Assembly: GCA_964057225.1 (NCBI GenBank)
Contig: OZ059895.1
Span: forward strand, 3,472,001 to 3,536,000
DNA from: Auanema rhodensis
Taxonomy: Eukaryota > Animalia > Nematoda
Direction of reading: 5' to 3'
Length of the DNA stretch: 64,000 nucleotides
Positions 1 to 10,944 of this stretch are shown one piece after another. How positions within the stretch are numbered: the first letter of the stretch is position 1; each line of letters opens with the position of its first letter. The position numbers and the translations under genes are program-made. A model generated the notes under the pieces. It ran no database searches. It had not been told where the DNA came from and saw only the letters and a list, made by a program, of their open reading frames with translations.

Positions 1-611
1 ATATTTTATGGGTGTACAAACAACAAGGTTCTTAATCAAAGTTTAGAAAACAAACTGAGTGAAAGTTGAAAAAATCTGAATTAAAATCTTTCCAACATAG
101 TGTTCAACATATGATATATTACTATCTTTACAAGATAGATACAAAAAAATTGGAATGTGGTCACATGTTCTGATGCTTTGAAGGGCATGTTTTACTAGCC
201 TACGTAGGAAAACATCCGTTCAAGCAACAGAACTTGGAAAGATCCATGTCTGATTAGTCGGTCAGTTCATTAATTAAGGGTAACCTGTGCTGCGTATAAT
301 TTATGGGTGCACAAAAATCAAAGTTCTTAATCAAAGTTTAAAAAACAAACTGAATAAAAGTTCGAAAATCTGAATTAAAATCTTTCCAACATAGTGTTCA
401 ACATATGATATATTACTATCTTTACAAGATAGATACAAAAAAATTGGAATGTGATCACATGTTCTGATGCTTTGAAGGGCATGTTTTACTAGCCTACGTA
501 GGAAAACATCCATTCAAGCAACAGAACTAGGAAAGATCCATGTCTGATTAGTCGGTCAGTTCATTATTTAAGGGTAACCTGTGCTGCGTATAATTTATGG
601 GTGTACAAAAA

Positions 612-820
612 TCAAAGTTTATTACTATCTTTACAAGATAGATACAAAAAAATTGGAATGTGATCACATGTTCTGATGCTTTGAAGGGCATGTTTTACTA
701 GCCTACGTAGGAAAACATCCATTCAAGCAACAGAACTAGGAAAGATCCATGTCTGATTAGTCGGTCAGTTCATTATTTAAGGTTAACCTGTGCTCCGTAT
801 AATTTATGGGTGTACAAAAA
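612..820 (+). repeat. Reference short monomer (209 bp) = long monomer minus positions 9-93
   Basis: The junction reads TCAAAGTT|TATTACTATC instead of TCAAAGTT-CTTAATC...ATGATA-TATTACTATC; 85 bp are missing. Confidence 0.96.
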
Positions 821-1114
821 TCAAAGTTCTTAATCAAAGTTTAAAAAACAAACTGAATAAAAGTTAGAAAATCTGAATTAAAATCTTTCCAACATAGTGT
901 TCAACATATGATATATTACTATCTTTACAAGATAGATACAAAAAAATTGGAATGTGATCACATGTTCTGATGCTTTGAAGGGCATGTTTTACTAGCCTAC
1001 GTAGGAAAACATCCGTTCAAGCAACAGAACTTGGAAAGATCCATGTCTGATTAGTCGGTCAGTTCATTAATTAAGGGTAACCTGTGCTGCGTATAATTTA
1101 TGGGTGTACAAAAA
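821..1114 (+). repeat. Reference long monomer (294 bp, about 32% GC); start arbitrarily set at TCAAAGTTCTTAATC
   Basis: TCAAAGTTCT starts at 821 and the next copy starts at 1115. A manual count gives 93 G+C in 294 bp. Confidence 0.97.
964..1030. other. 67-nt imperfect inverted repeat (hairpin/cruciform potential), present in every monomer; one example shown
   Basis: Left arm GTTCTGATGCTTTGAAGGGCATGTTTT matches the reverse complement of the right arm, GTTCTGTTGCTTGAA(C/T)GGATGTTTT. The centre is ACTAG plus the perfect palindrome CCTACGTAGG. Confidence 0.9.
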
Positions 1115-2120
1115 TCAAAGTTCTTAATCAAAGTTTAAAAAACAAACTGAATAAAAGTTCGTAAATCTGAATTAAAATCTTTCCAACATAGTGTTCAACA
1201 TATGATATATTACTATCTTTACAAGATAGATACAAAAAAATTGGAATGTGATCACATGTTCTGATGCTTTGAAGGGCATGTTTTACTAGCCTACGTAGGA
1301 AAACATCCATTCAAGCAACAGAACTAGGAAAGATCCATGTCTGATTAGTCGGTCAGTTCATTATTTAAGGGTAACCTGTGCTGCGTATAATTTATGGGTG
1401 TACAAAAGTCAAAGTTTATTACTATCTTTACAAGATAGATTTCAAAAAAATTGGAATGTGATCACATGTTCTGATGCTTTGAAGGGCATGTTTTACTAGC
1501 CTACGTAGGAAAACATCCATTCAAGCAACAGAACTAGGAAAGATCCATGTCTGATTAGTCGGTCAGTTCATTATTTAAGGGTAACCTGTGCTGCGTATAA
1601 TTTATGGGTGTACAAAAATCAAAGTTTATTACTATCTTTACAAGATAGATACAAAAAAATTGGAATGTGATCACATGTTCTGATGCTTTGAAGGGCATGT
1701 TTTACTAGCCTACGTAGGAAAACATCCGTTCAAGCAACAGAACTTGAAAGATCCATGTCTGATTAGTCGGTCAGTTCATTAATTAAGGGTAACCTGTGCT
1801 GCGTATAATTTATGGGTGTACAAAAATCAAAGTTCTTAATCAAAGTTTAAAAAACAAACTGAATAAAAGTTCGTAAATCTGAATTAAAATCTTTCCAACA
1901 TAGTGTTCAACATATGATATATTACTATCTTTACAAGATAGATACAAAAAAATTGGAATGTGATCACATGTTCTGATGCTTTGAAGGGCATGTTTTACTA
2001 GCCTACGTAGGAAAACATCCATTCAAGCAACAGAACTAGGAAAGATCCATGTCTGATTAGTCGGTCAGTTCATTATTTAAGGGTAACCTGTGCTGCGTAT
2101 AATTTATGGGTGTACAAAAA

Positions 2121-2330
2121 TCAAAGTTTATTACTATCTTTACAAGATAGATTTCAAAAAAATTGGAATGTGATCACATGTTCTGATGCTTTGAAGGGCA
2201 TGTTTTACTAGCCTACGTAGGAAAACATCCATTCAAGCAACAGAACTAGGAAAGATCCATGTCTGATTAGTCGGTCAGTTCATTATTTAAGGGTAACCTG
2301 TGCTGCGTATAATTTATGGGTGTACAAAAA
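2121..2330 (+). repeat. 210-bp short monomer variant (GATAGATTTCAAAAAAATTGG, +1 bp)
   Basis: Same 85-bp deletion junction, with GATAC replaced by GATTTC. Unit starts are at 2121 and 2331. Confidence 0.95.
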
Positions 2331-5300
2331 TCAAAGTTTATTACTATCTTTACAAGATAGATTTCAAAAAAATTGGAATGTGATCACATGTTCTGATGCT
2401 TTGAAGGGCATGTTTTACTAGCCTACGTAGGAAAACATCTATTCAAGCAACAGAACTAGGAAAGATCCATGTCTGATTAGTCGGTCAGTTCATTATTTAA
2501 GGGTAACCTGTGCTGCGTATAATTTATGGGTGTACAAAAATCAAAGTTCTTAATCAAAGTTTAAAAAACAAACTGAATAAAAGTTAGAAAATCTGAATTA
2601 AAATCTTTCCAACATAGTGTTCAACATATGATATATTACTATCTTTACAAGATAGATACAAAAAAATTGGAATGTGATCACATGTTCTGATGCTTTGAAG
2701 GGCATGTTTTACTAGCCTACGTAGGAAAACATCCATTCAAGCAACAGAACTTGGGAAGATCCATGTCTGATTAGACGGTCAGTTCATTATTTAAGGGTAA
2801 CCTGTGCTGCGTATATTTTATGGGTGTACAAACAACAAGGTTCTTAATCAAAGTTTAGAAAACAAACTGAGTGAAAGTTGAAAAAATCTGAATTAAAATC
2901 TTTCCAACATAGTGTTCAACATATGATATATTACTATCTTTACAAGATAGATACAAAAAAATTGAAATGTGATCACATGGTCTGATGCTTTGAAGGGCAT
3001 GTTTTACTAGCCTACGTAGGAAAACATCCGTTCAAGCAACAGAACTTGGAAAGATCCATGTCTGATTAGTCGGTCAGTTCATTAATTAAGGGTAACCTGT
3101 GCTGCGTATAATTTATGGGTGTACAAAAATCAAAGTTCTTAATCAAAGTTTAAAAAACAAACTGAATAAAAGTTCGAAAATCTGAATTAAAATCTTTCCA
3201 ACATAGTGTTCAACATATGATATATTACTATCTTTACAAGATAGATACAAAAAAATTGGAATGTGATCACATGTTCTGATGCTTTGAAGGGCATGTTTTA
3301 CTAGCCTACGTAGGAAAACATCCATTCAAGCAACAGAACTAGGAAAGATCCATGTCTGATTAGTCGGTCAGTTCATTATTTAAGGGTAACCTGTGCTCCG
3401 TATAATTTATGGGTGTACAAAAATCAAAGTTTATTACTATCTTTACAAGATAGATACAAAAAAATTGGAATGTGATCACATGTTCTGATGCTTTGAAGGG
3501 CATGTTTTACTAGCCTACGTAGGAAAACATCCATTCAAGCAACAGAACTAGGAAAGATCCATGTCTGATTAGTCGGTCAGTTCATTATTTAAGGGTAACC
3601 TGTGCTCCGTATAATTTATGGGTGTACAAAAATCAAAGTTCTTAATCAAAGTTTAAAAAACAAACTGAATAAAAGTTAGAAAATCTGAATTAAAATCTTT
3701 CCAACATAGTGTTCAACATATGATATATTACTATCTTTACAAGATAGATACAAAAAAATTGGAATGTGATCACATGTTCTGATGCTTTGAAGGGCATGTT
3801 TTACTAGCCTACGTAGGAAAACATCCGTTCAAGCAACAGAACTTGGAAAGATCCATGTCTGATTAGTCGGTCAGTTCATTAATTAAGGGTAACCTGTGCT
3901 GCGTATAATTTATGGGTGTACAAAAATCAAAGTTCTTAATCAAAGTTTAAAAAACAAACTGAATAAAAGTTCGTAAATCTGAATTAAAATCTTTCCAACA
4001 TAGTGTTCAACATATGATATATTACTATCTTTACAAGATAGATACAAAAAAATTGGAATGTGATCACATGTTCTGATGCTTTGAAGGGCATGTTTTACTA
4101 GCCTACGTAGGAAAACATCCATTCAAGCAACAGAACTAGGAAAGATCCATGTCTGATTAGTCGGTCAGTTCATTATTTAAGGGTAACCTGTGCTGCGTAT
4201 AATTTATGGGTGTACAAAAATCAAAGTTTATTACTATCTTTACAAGATAGATACAAAAAAATTGGAATGTGATCACATGTTCTGATGCTTTGAAGGGCAT
4301 GTTTTACTAGCCTACGTAGGAAAACATCCGTTCAAGCAACAGAACTTGAAAGATCCATGTCTGATTAGTCGGTCAGTTCATTATTTAAGGGTAACCTGTG
4401 CTGCGTATAATTTATGGGTGTACAAAAATCAAAGTTCTTAATCAAAGTTTAAAAAACAAACTGAATAAAAGTTAGAAAATCTGAATTAAAATCTTTCCAA
4501 CATAGTGTTCAACATATGATATATTACTATCTTTACAAGATAGATACAAAAAAATTGGAATGTGATCACATGTTCTGATGCTTTGAAGGGCATGTTTTAC
4601 TAGCCTACGTAGGAAAACATCCATTCAAGCAACAGAACTAGGAAAGATCCATGTCTGATTAGTCGGTCAGTTCATTATTTAAGGGTAACCTGTGCTGCGT
4701 ATAATTTATGGGTGTACAAAAATCAAAGTTTATTACTATCTTTACAAGATAGATTTCAAAAAAATTGGAATGTGATCACATGTTCTGATGCTTTGAAGGG
4801 CATGTTTTACTAGCCTACGTAGGAAAACATCCATTCAAGCAACAGAACTAGGAAAGATCCATGTCTGATTAGTCGGTCAGTTCATTATTTAAGGGTAAAC
4901 TGTGCTGCGTATAATTTATGGGTGTACAAAAATCAAAGTTTATTACTATCTTTACAAGATAGATTTCAAAAAAATTGGAATGTGATCACATGTTCTGATG
5001 CTTTGAAGGGCATGTTTTACTAGCCTACGTAGGAAAACATCCATTCAAGCAACAGAACTAGGAAAGATCCATGTCTGATTAGTCGGTCAGTTCATTATTT
5101 AAGGGTAACCTGTGCTGCGTATAATTTATGGGTGTACAAAAATCAAAGTTCTTAATCAAAGTTTAAAAAACAAACTGAATAAAAGTTAGAAAATCTGAAT
5201 TAAAATCTTTCCAACATAGTGTTCAACATATGATATATTACTATCTTTACAAGATAGATACAAAAAAATTGGAATGTGATCACATGTTCTGATGCTTTGA

Positions 5301-8300
5301 AGGGCATGTTTTACTAGCCTACGTAGGAAAACATCCATTCAAGCAACAGAACTTGGGAAGATCCATGTCTGATTAGACGGTCAGTTCATTATTTAAGGGT
5401 AACCTGTGCTGCGTATATTTTATGGGTGTACAAACAACAAGGTTCTTAATCAAAGTTTAGAAAACAAACTGAGTGAAAGTTGAAAAAATCTGAATTAAAA
5501 TCTTTCCAACATAGTGTTCAACATATGATATATTACTATCTTTACAAGATAGATACAAAAAAATTGAAATGTGATCACATGTTCTGATGCTTTGAAGGGC
5601 ATGTTTTACTAGCCTACGTAGGAAAACATCCGTTCAAGCAACAGAACTTGGAAAGATCCATGTCTGATTAGTCGGTCAGTTCATTAATTAAGGGTAACCT
5701 GTGCTGCGTATAATTTATGGGTGTACAAAAATCAAAGTTCTTAATCAAAGTTTAAAAAACAAACTGAATAAAAGTTCGTAAATCTGAATTAAAATCTTTC
5801 CAACATAGTGTTCAACATATGATATATTACTATCTTTACAAGATAGATACAAAAAAATTGGAATGTGATCACATGTTCTGATGCTTTGAAGGGCATGTTT
5901 TACTAGCCTACGTAGGAAAACATCCATTCAAGCAACAGAACTAGGAAAGATCCATGTCTGATTAGTCGGTCAGTTCATTATTTAAGGGTAACCTGTGCTG
6001 CGTATAATTTATGGGTGTACAAAAGTCAAAGTTTATTACTATCTTTACAAGATAGATTTCAAAAAAATTGGAATGTGATCACATGTTCTGATGCTTTGAA
6101 GGGCATGTTTTACTAGCCTACGTAGGAAAACATCCATTCAAGCAACAGAACTAGGAAAGATCCATGTCTGATTAGTCGGTCAGTTCATTATTTAAGGGTA
6201 ACCTGTGCTGCGTATAATTTATGGGTGTACAAAAATCAAAGTTTATTACTATCTTTACAAGATAGATACAAAAAAATTGGAATGTGATCACATGTTCTGA
6301 TGCTTTGAAGGGCATGTTTTACTAGCCTACGTAGGAAAACATCCGTTCAAGCAACAGAACTTGAAAGATCCATGTCTGATTAGTCGGTCAGTTCATTATT
6401 TAAGGGTAACCTGTGCTGCGTATAATTTATGGGTGTACAAAAATCAAAGTTCTTAATCAAAGTTTAAAAAACAAACTGAATAAAAGTTCGTAAATCTGAA
6501 TTAAAATCTTTCCAACATAGTGTTCAACATATGATATATTACTATCTTTACAAGATAGATTTCAAAAAAATTGGAATGTGATCACATGTTCTGATGCTTT
6601 GAAGGGCATGTTTTACTAGCCTACGTAGGAAAACATCCATTCAAGCAACAGAACTAGGAAAGATCCATGTCTGATTAGTCGGTCAGTTCATTATTTAAGG
6701 GTAACCTGTGCTGCGTATAATTTATGGGTGTACAAAAATCAAAGTTTATTACTATCTTTACAAGATAGATTTCAAAAAAATTGGAATGTGATCACATGTT
6801 CTGATGCTTTGAAGGGCATGTTTTACTAGCCTACGTAGGAAAACATCTATTCAAGCAACAGAACTAGGAAAGATCCATGTCTGATTAGTCGGTCAGTTCA
6901 TTATTTAAGGGTAACCTGTGCTGCGTATAATTTATGGGTGTACAAAAATCAAAGTTCTTAATCAAAGTTTAAAAAACAAACTGAATAAAAGTTAGAAAAT
7001 CTGAATTAAAATCTTTCCAACATAGTGTTCAACATATGATATATTACTATCTTTACAAGATAGATACAAAAAAATTGGAATGTGATCACATGTTCTGATG
7101 CTTTGAAGGGCATGTTTTACTAGCCTACGTAGGAAAACATCCATTCAAGCAACAGAACTTGGGAAGATCCATGTCTGATTAGACGGTCAGTTCATTATTT
7201 AAGGGTAACCTGTGCTGCGTATATTTTATGGGTGTACAAACAACAAGGTTCTTAATCAAAGTTTAGAAAACAAACTGAGTGAAAGTTGAAAAAATCTGAA
7301 TTAAAATCTTTCCAACATAGTGTTCAACATATGATATATTACTATCTTTACAAGATAGATACAAAAAAATTGAAATGTGATCACATGGTCTGATGCTTTG
7401 AAGGGCATGTTTTACTAGCCTACGTAGGAAAACATCCGTTCAAGCAACAGAACTTGGAAAGATCCATGTCTGATTAGTCGGTCAGTTCATTAATTAAGGG
7501 TAACCTGTGCTGCGTATAATTTATGGGTGTACAAAAATCAAAGTTCTTAATCAAAGTTTAAAAAACAAACTGAATAAAAGTTCGAAAATCTGAATTAAAA
7601 TCTTTCCAACATAGTGTTCAACATATGATATATTACTATCTTTACAAGATAGATACAAAAAAATTGGAATGTGATCACATGTTCTGATGCTTTGAAGGGC
7701 ATGTTTTACTAGCCTACGTAGGAAAACATCCATTCAAGCAACAGAACTAGGAAAGATCCATGTCTGATTAGTCGGTCAGTTCATTATTTAAGGGTAACCT
7801 GTGCTCCGTATAATTTATGGGTGTACAAAAATCAAAGTTTATTACTATCTTTACAAGATAGATACAAAAAAATTGGAATGTGATCACATGTTCTGATGCT
7901 TTGAAGGGCATGTTTTACTAGCCTACGTAGGAAAACATCCATTCAAGCAACAGAACTAGGAAAGATCCATGTCTGATTAGTCGGTCAGTTCATTATTTAA
8001 GGGTAACCTGTGCTCCGTATAATTTATGGGTGTACAAAAATCAAAGTTCTTAATCAAAGTTTAAAAAACAAACTGAATAAAAGTTAGAAAATCTGAATTA
8101 AAATCTTTCCAACATAGTGTTCAACATATGATATATTACTATCTTTACAAGATAGATACAAAAAAATTGGAATGTGATCACATGTTCTGATGCTTTGAAG
8201 GGCATGTTTTACTAGCCTACGTAGGAAAACATCCGTTCAAGCAACAGAACTTGGAAAGATCCATGTCTGATTAGTCGGTCAGTTCATTAATTAAGGGTAA

Positions 8301-10944
8301 CCTGTGCTGCGTATAATTTATGGGTGTACAAAAATCAAAGTTCTTAATCAAAGTTTAAAAAACAAACTGAATAAAAGTTCGTAAATCTGAATTAAAATCT
8401 TTCCAACATAGTGTTCAACATATGATATATTACTATCTTTACAAGATAGATACAAAAAAATTGGAATGTGATCACATGTTCTGATGCTTTGAAGGGCATG
8501 TTTTACTAGCCTACGTAGGAAAACATCCATTCAAGCAACAGAACTAGGAAAGATCCATGTCTGATTAGTCGGTCAGTTCATTATTTAAGGGTAACCTGTG
8601 CTGCGTATAATTTATGGGTGTACAAAAATCAAAGTTTATTACTATCTTTACAAGATAGATACAAAAAAATTGGAATGTGATCACATGTTCTGATGCTTTG
8701 AAGGGCATGTTTTACTAGCCTACGTAGGAAAACATCCGTTCAAGCAACAGAACTTGAAAGATCCATGTCTGATTAGTCGGTCAGTTCATTATTTAAGGGT
8801 AACCTGTGCTGCGTATAATTTATGGGTGTACAAAAATCAAAGTTCTTAATCAAAGTTTAAAAAACAAACTGAATAAAAGTTAGAAAATCTGAATTAAAAT
8901 CTTTCCAACATAGTGTTCAACATATGATATATTACTATCTTTACAAGATAGATACAAAAAAATTGGAATGTGATCACATGTTCTGATGCTTTGAAGGGCA
9001 TGTTTTACTAGCCTACGTAGGAAAACATCCATTCAAGCAACAGAACTAGGAAAGATCCATGTCTGATTAGTCGGTCAGTTCATTATTTAAGGGTAACCTG
9101 TGCTGCGTATAATTTATGGGTGTACAAAAATCAAAGTTTATTACTATCTTTACAAGATAGATTTCAAAAAAATTGGAATGTGATCACATGTTCTGATGCT
9201 TTGAAGGGCATGTTTTACTAGCCTACGTAGGAAAACATCCATTCAAGCAACAGAACTAGGAAAGATCCATGTCTGATTAGTCGGTCAGTTCATTATTTAA
9301 GGGTAAACTGTGCTGCGTATAATTTATGGGTGTACAAAAATCAAAGTTTATTACTATCTTTACAAGATAGATTTCAAAAAAATTGGAATGTGATCACATG
9401 TTCTGATGCTTTGAAGGGCATGTTTTACTAGCCTACGTAGGAAAACATCCATTCAAGCAACAGAACTAGGAAAGATCCATGTCTGATTAGTCGGTCAGTT
9501 CATTATTTAAGGGTAACCTGTGCTGCGTATAATTTATGGGTGTACAAAAATCAAAGTTCTTAATCAAAGTTTAAAAAACAAACTGAATAAAAGTTAGAAA
9601 ATCTGAATTAAAATCTTTCCAACATAGTGTTCAACATATGATATATTACTATCTTTACAAGATAGATACAAAAAAATTGGAATGTGATCACATGTTCTGA
9701 TGCTTTGAAGGGCATGTTTTACTAGCCTACGTAGGAAAACATCCATTCAAGCAACAGAACTTGGGAAGATCCATGTCTGATTAGACGGTCAGTTCATTAT
9801 TTAAGGGTTACCTGTGCTGCGTATATTTTATGGGTGTACAAACAACAAGGTTCTTAATCAAAGTTTAGAAAACAAACTGAGTGAAAGTTGAAAAAATCTG
9901 AATTAAAATCTTTCCAACATAGTGTTCAACATATGATATATTACTATCTTTACAAGATAGATACAAAAAAATTGAAATGTGATCACATGTTCTGATGCTT
10001 TGAAGGGCATGTTTTACTAGCCTACGTAGGAAAACATCCGTTCAAGCAACAGAACTTGGAAAGATCCATGTCTGATTAGTCGGTCAGTTCATTAATTAAG
10101 GGTAACCTGTGCTGCGTATAATTTATGGGTGTACAAAAATCAAAGTTCTTAATCAAAGTTTAAAAAACAAACTGAATAAAAGTTCGTAAATCTGAATTAA
10201 AATCTTTCCAACATAGTGTTCAACATATGATATATTACTATCTTTACAAGATAGATACAAAAAAATTGGAATGTGATCACATGTTCTGATGCTTTGAAGG
10301 GCATGTTTTACTAGCCTACGTAGGAAAACATCCATTCAAGCAACAGAACTAGGAAAGATCCATGTCTGATTAGTCGGTCAGTTCATTATTTAAGGGTAAC
10401 CTGTGCTGCGTATAATTTATGGGTGTACAAAAGTCAAAGTTTATTACTATCTTTACAAGATAGATTTCAAAAAAATTGGAATGTGATCACATGTTCTGAT
10501 GCTTTGAAGGGCATGTTTTACTAGCCTACGTAGGAAAACATCCATTCAAGCAACAGAACTAGGAAAGATCCATGTCTGATTAGTCGGTCAGTTCATTATT
10601 TAAGGGTAACCTGTGCTGCGTATAATTTATGGGTGTACAAAAATCAAAGTTTATTACTATCTTTACAAGATAGATACAAAAAAATTGGAATGTGATCACA
10701 TGTTCTGATGCTTTGAAGGGCATGTTTTACTAGCCTACGTAGGAAAACATCCGTTCAAGCAACAGAACTTGAAAGATCCATGTCTGATTAGTCGGTCAGT
10801 TCATTATTTAAGGGTAACCTGTGCTGCGTATAATTTATGGGTGTACAAAAATCAAAGTTCTTAATCAAAGTTTAAAAAACAAACTGAATAAAAGTTCGTA
10901 AATCTGAATTAAAATCTTTCCAACATAGTGTTCAACATATGATA
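2129..10944. repeat. Tandem duplication with period 4408 bp (about 2129-6536 / 6537-10944)
   Basis: Rare markers recur at exactly +4408: CATCTATT 2440/6848, CATGGTCTG 2980/7388, GGGTAAACTG 4893/9301. ORFs pair at 3143/7551, 3940/8348 and 5745/10153. Confidence 0.92.

Noticed and set aside
964-1062. Hammerhead ribozyme or retrozyme satellite (as in newt, schistosome and cricket satellites)
   Set aside because: The core CUGANGA is absent on both strands; the nearest matches are CTGATGC, CTGATTA and CTGAATA. I could not build a three-helix junction. An Infernal search would be the formal test.
952-1097. Bacterial regulatory sites (TATAAT at 1092-1097; TGTGA/TCACA CRP-like half-sites)
   Set aside because: There is no good -35 box and no downstream gene. 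The CRP half-sites lack the required 6-bp spacer. Such motifs are expected by chance in AT-rich DNA.
1060-1114. Spliced-leader or snRNA gene repeat (AAGG/GTAACC donor-like site, AATTTATGG Sm-like site)
   Set aside because: The motifs are short, and the Sm-like site is interrupted relative to RAU4-6GR. There is no recognisable leader sequence or SL stem-loop arrangement.
821-1114. 5S rRNA, tRNA, rDNA or telomeric repeat
   Set aside because: There is no 5S or tRNA sequence, no recognisable Pol III internal boxes and no telomere motif; GC content is low.
821-1114. 294-bp monomer as a dimer of two 147-bp subunits
   Set aside because: The two halves show no evident similarity; the internal similarity I can see is at an offset of about 84 bp.
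1258-1327. Helitron 3' end (hairpin followed by CTAG)
   Set aside because: The hairpin is far longer and more AT-rich than Helitron terminal hairpins and abuts the CTAG rather than lying about 10 nt upstream. Many units read CTTG, and no other Helitron features are present.
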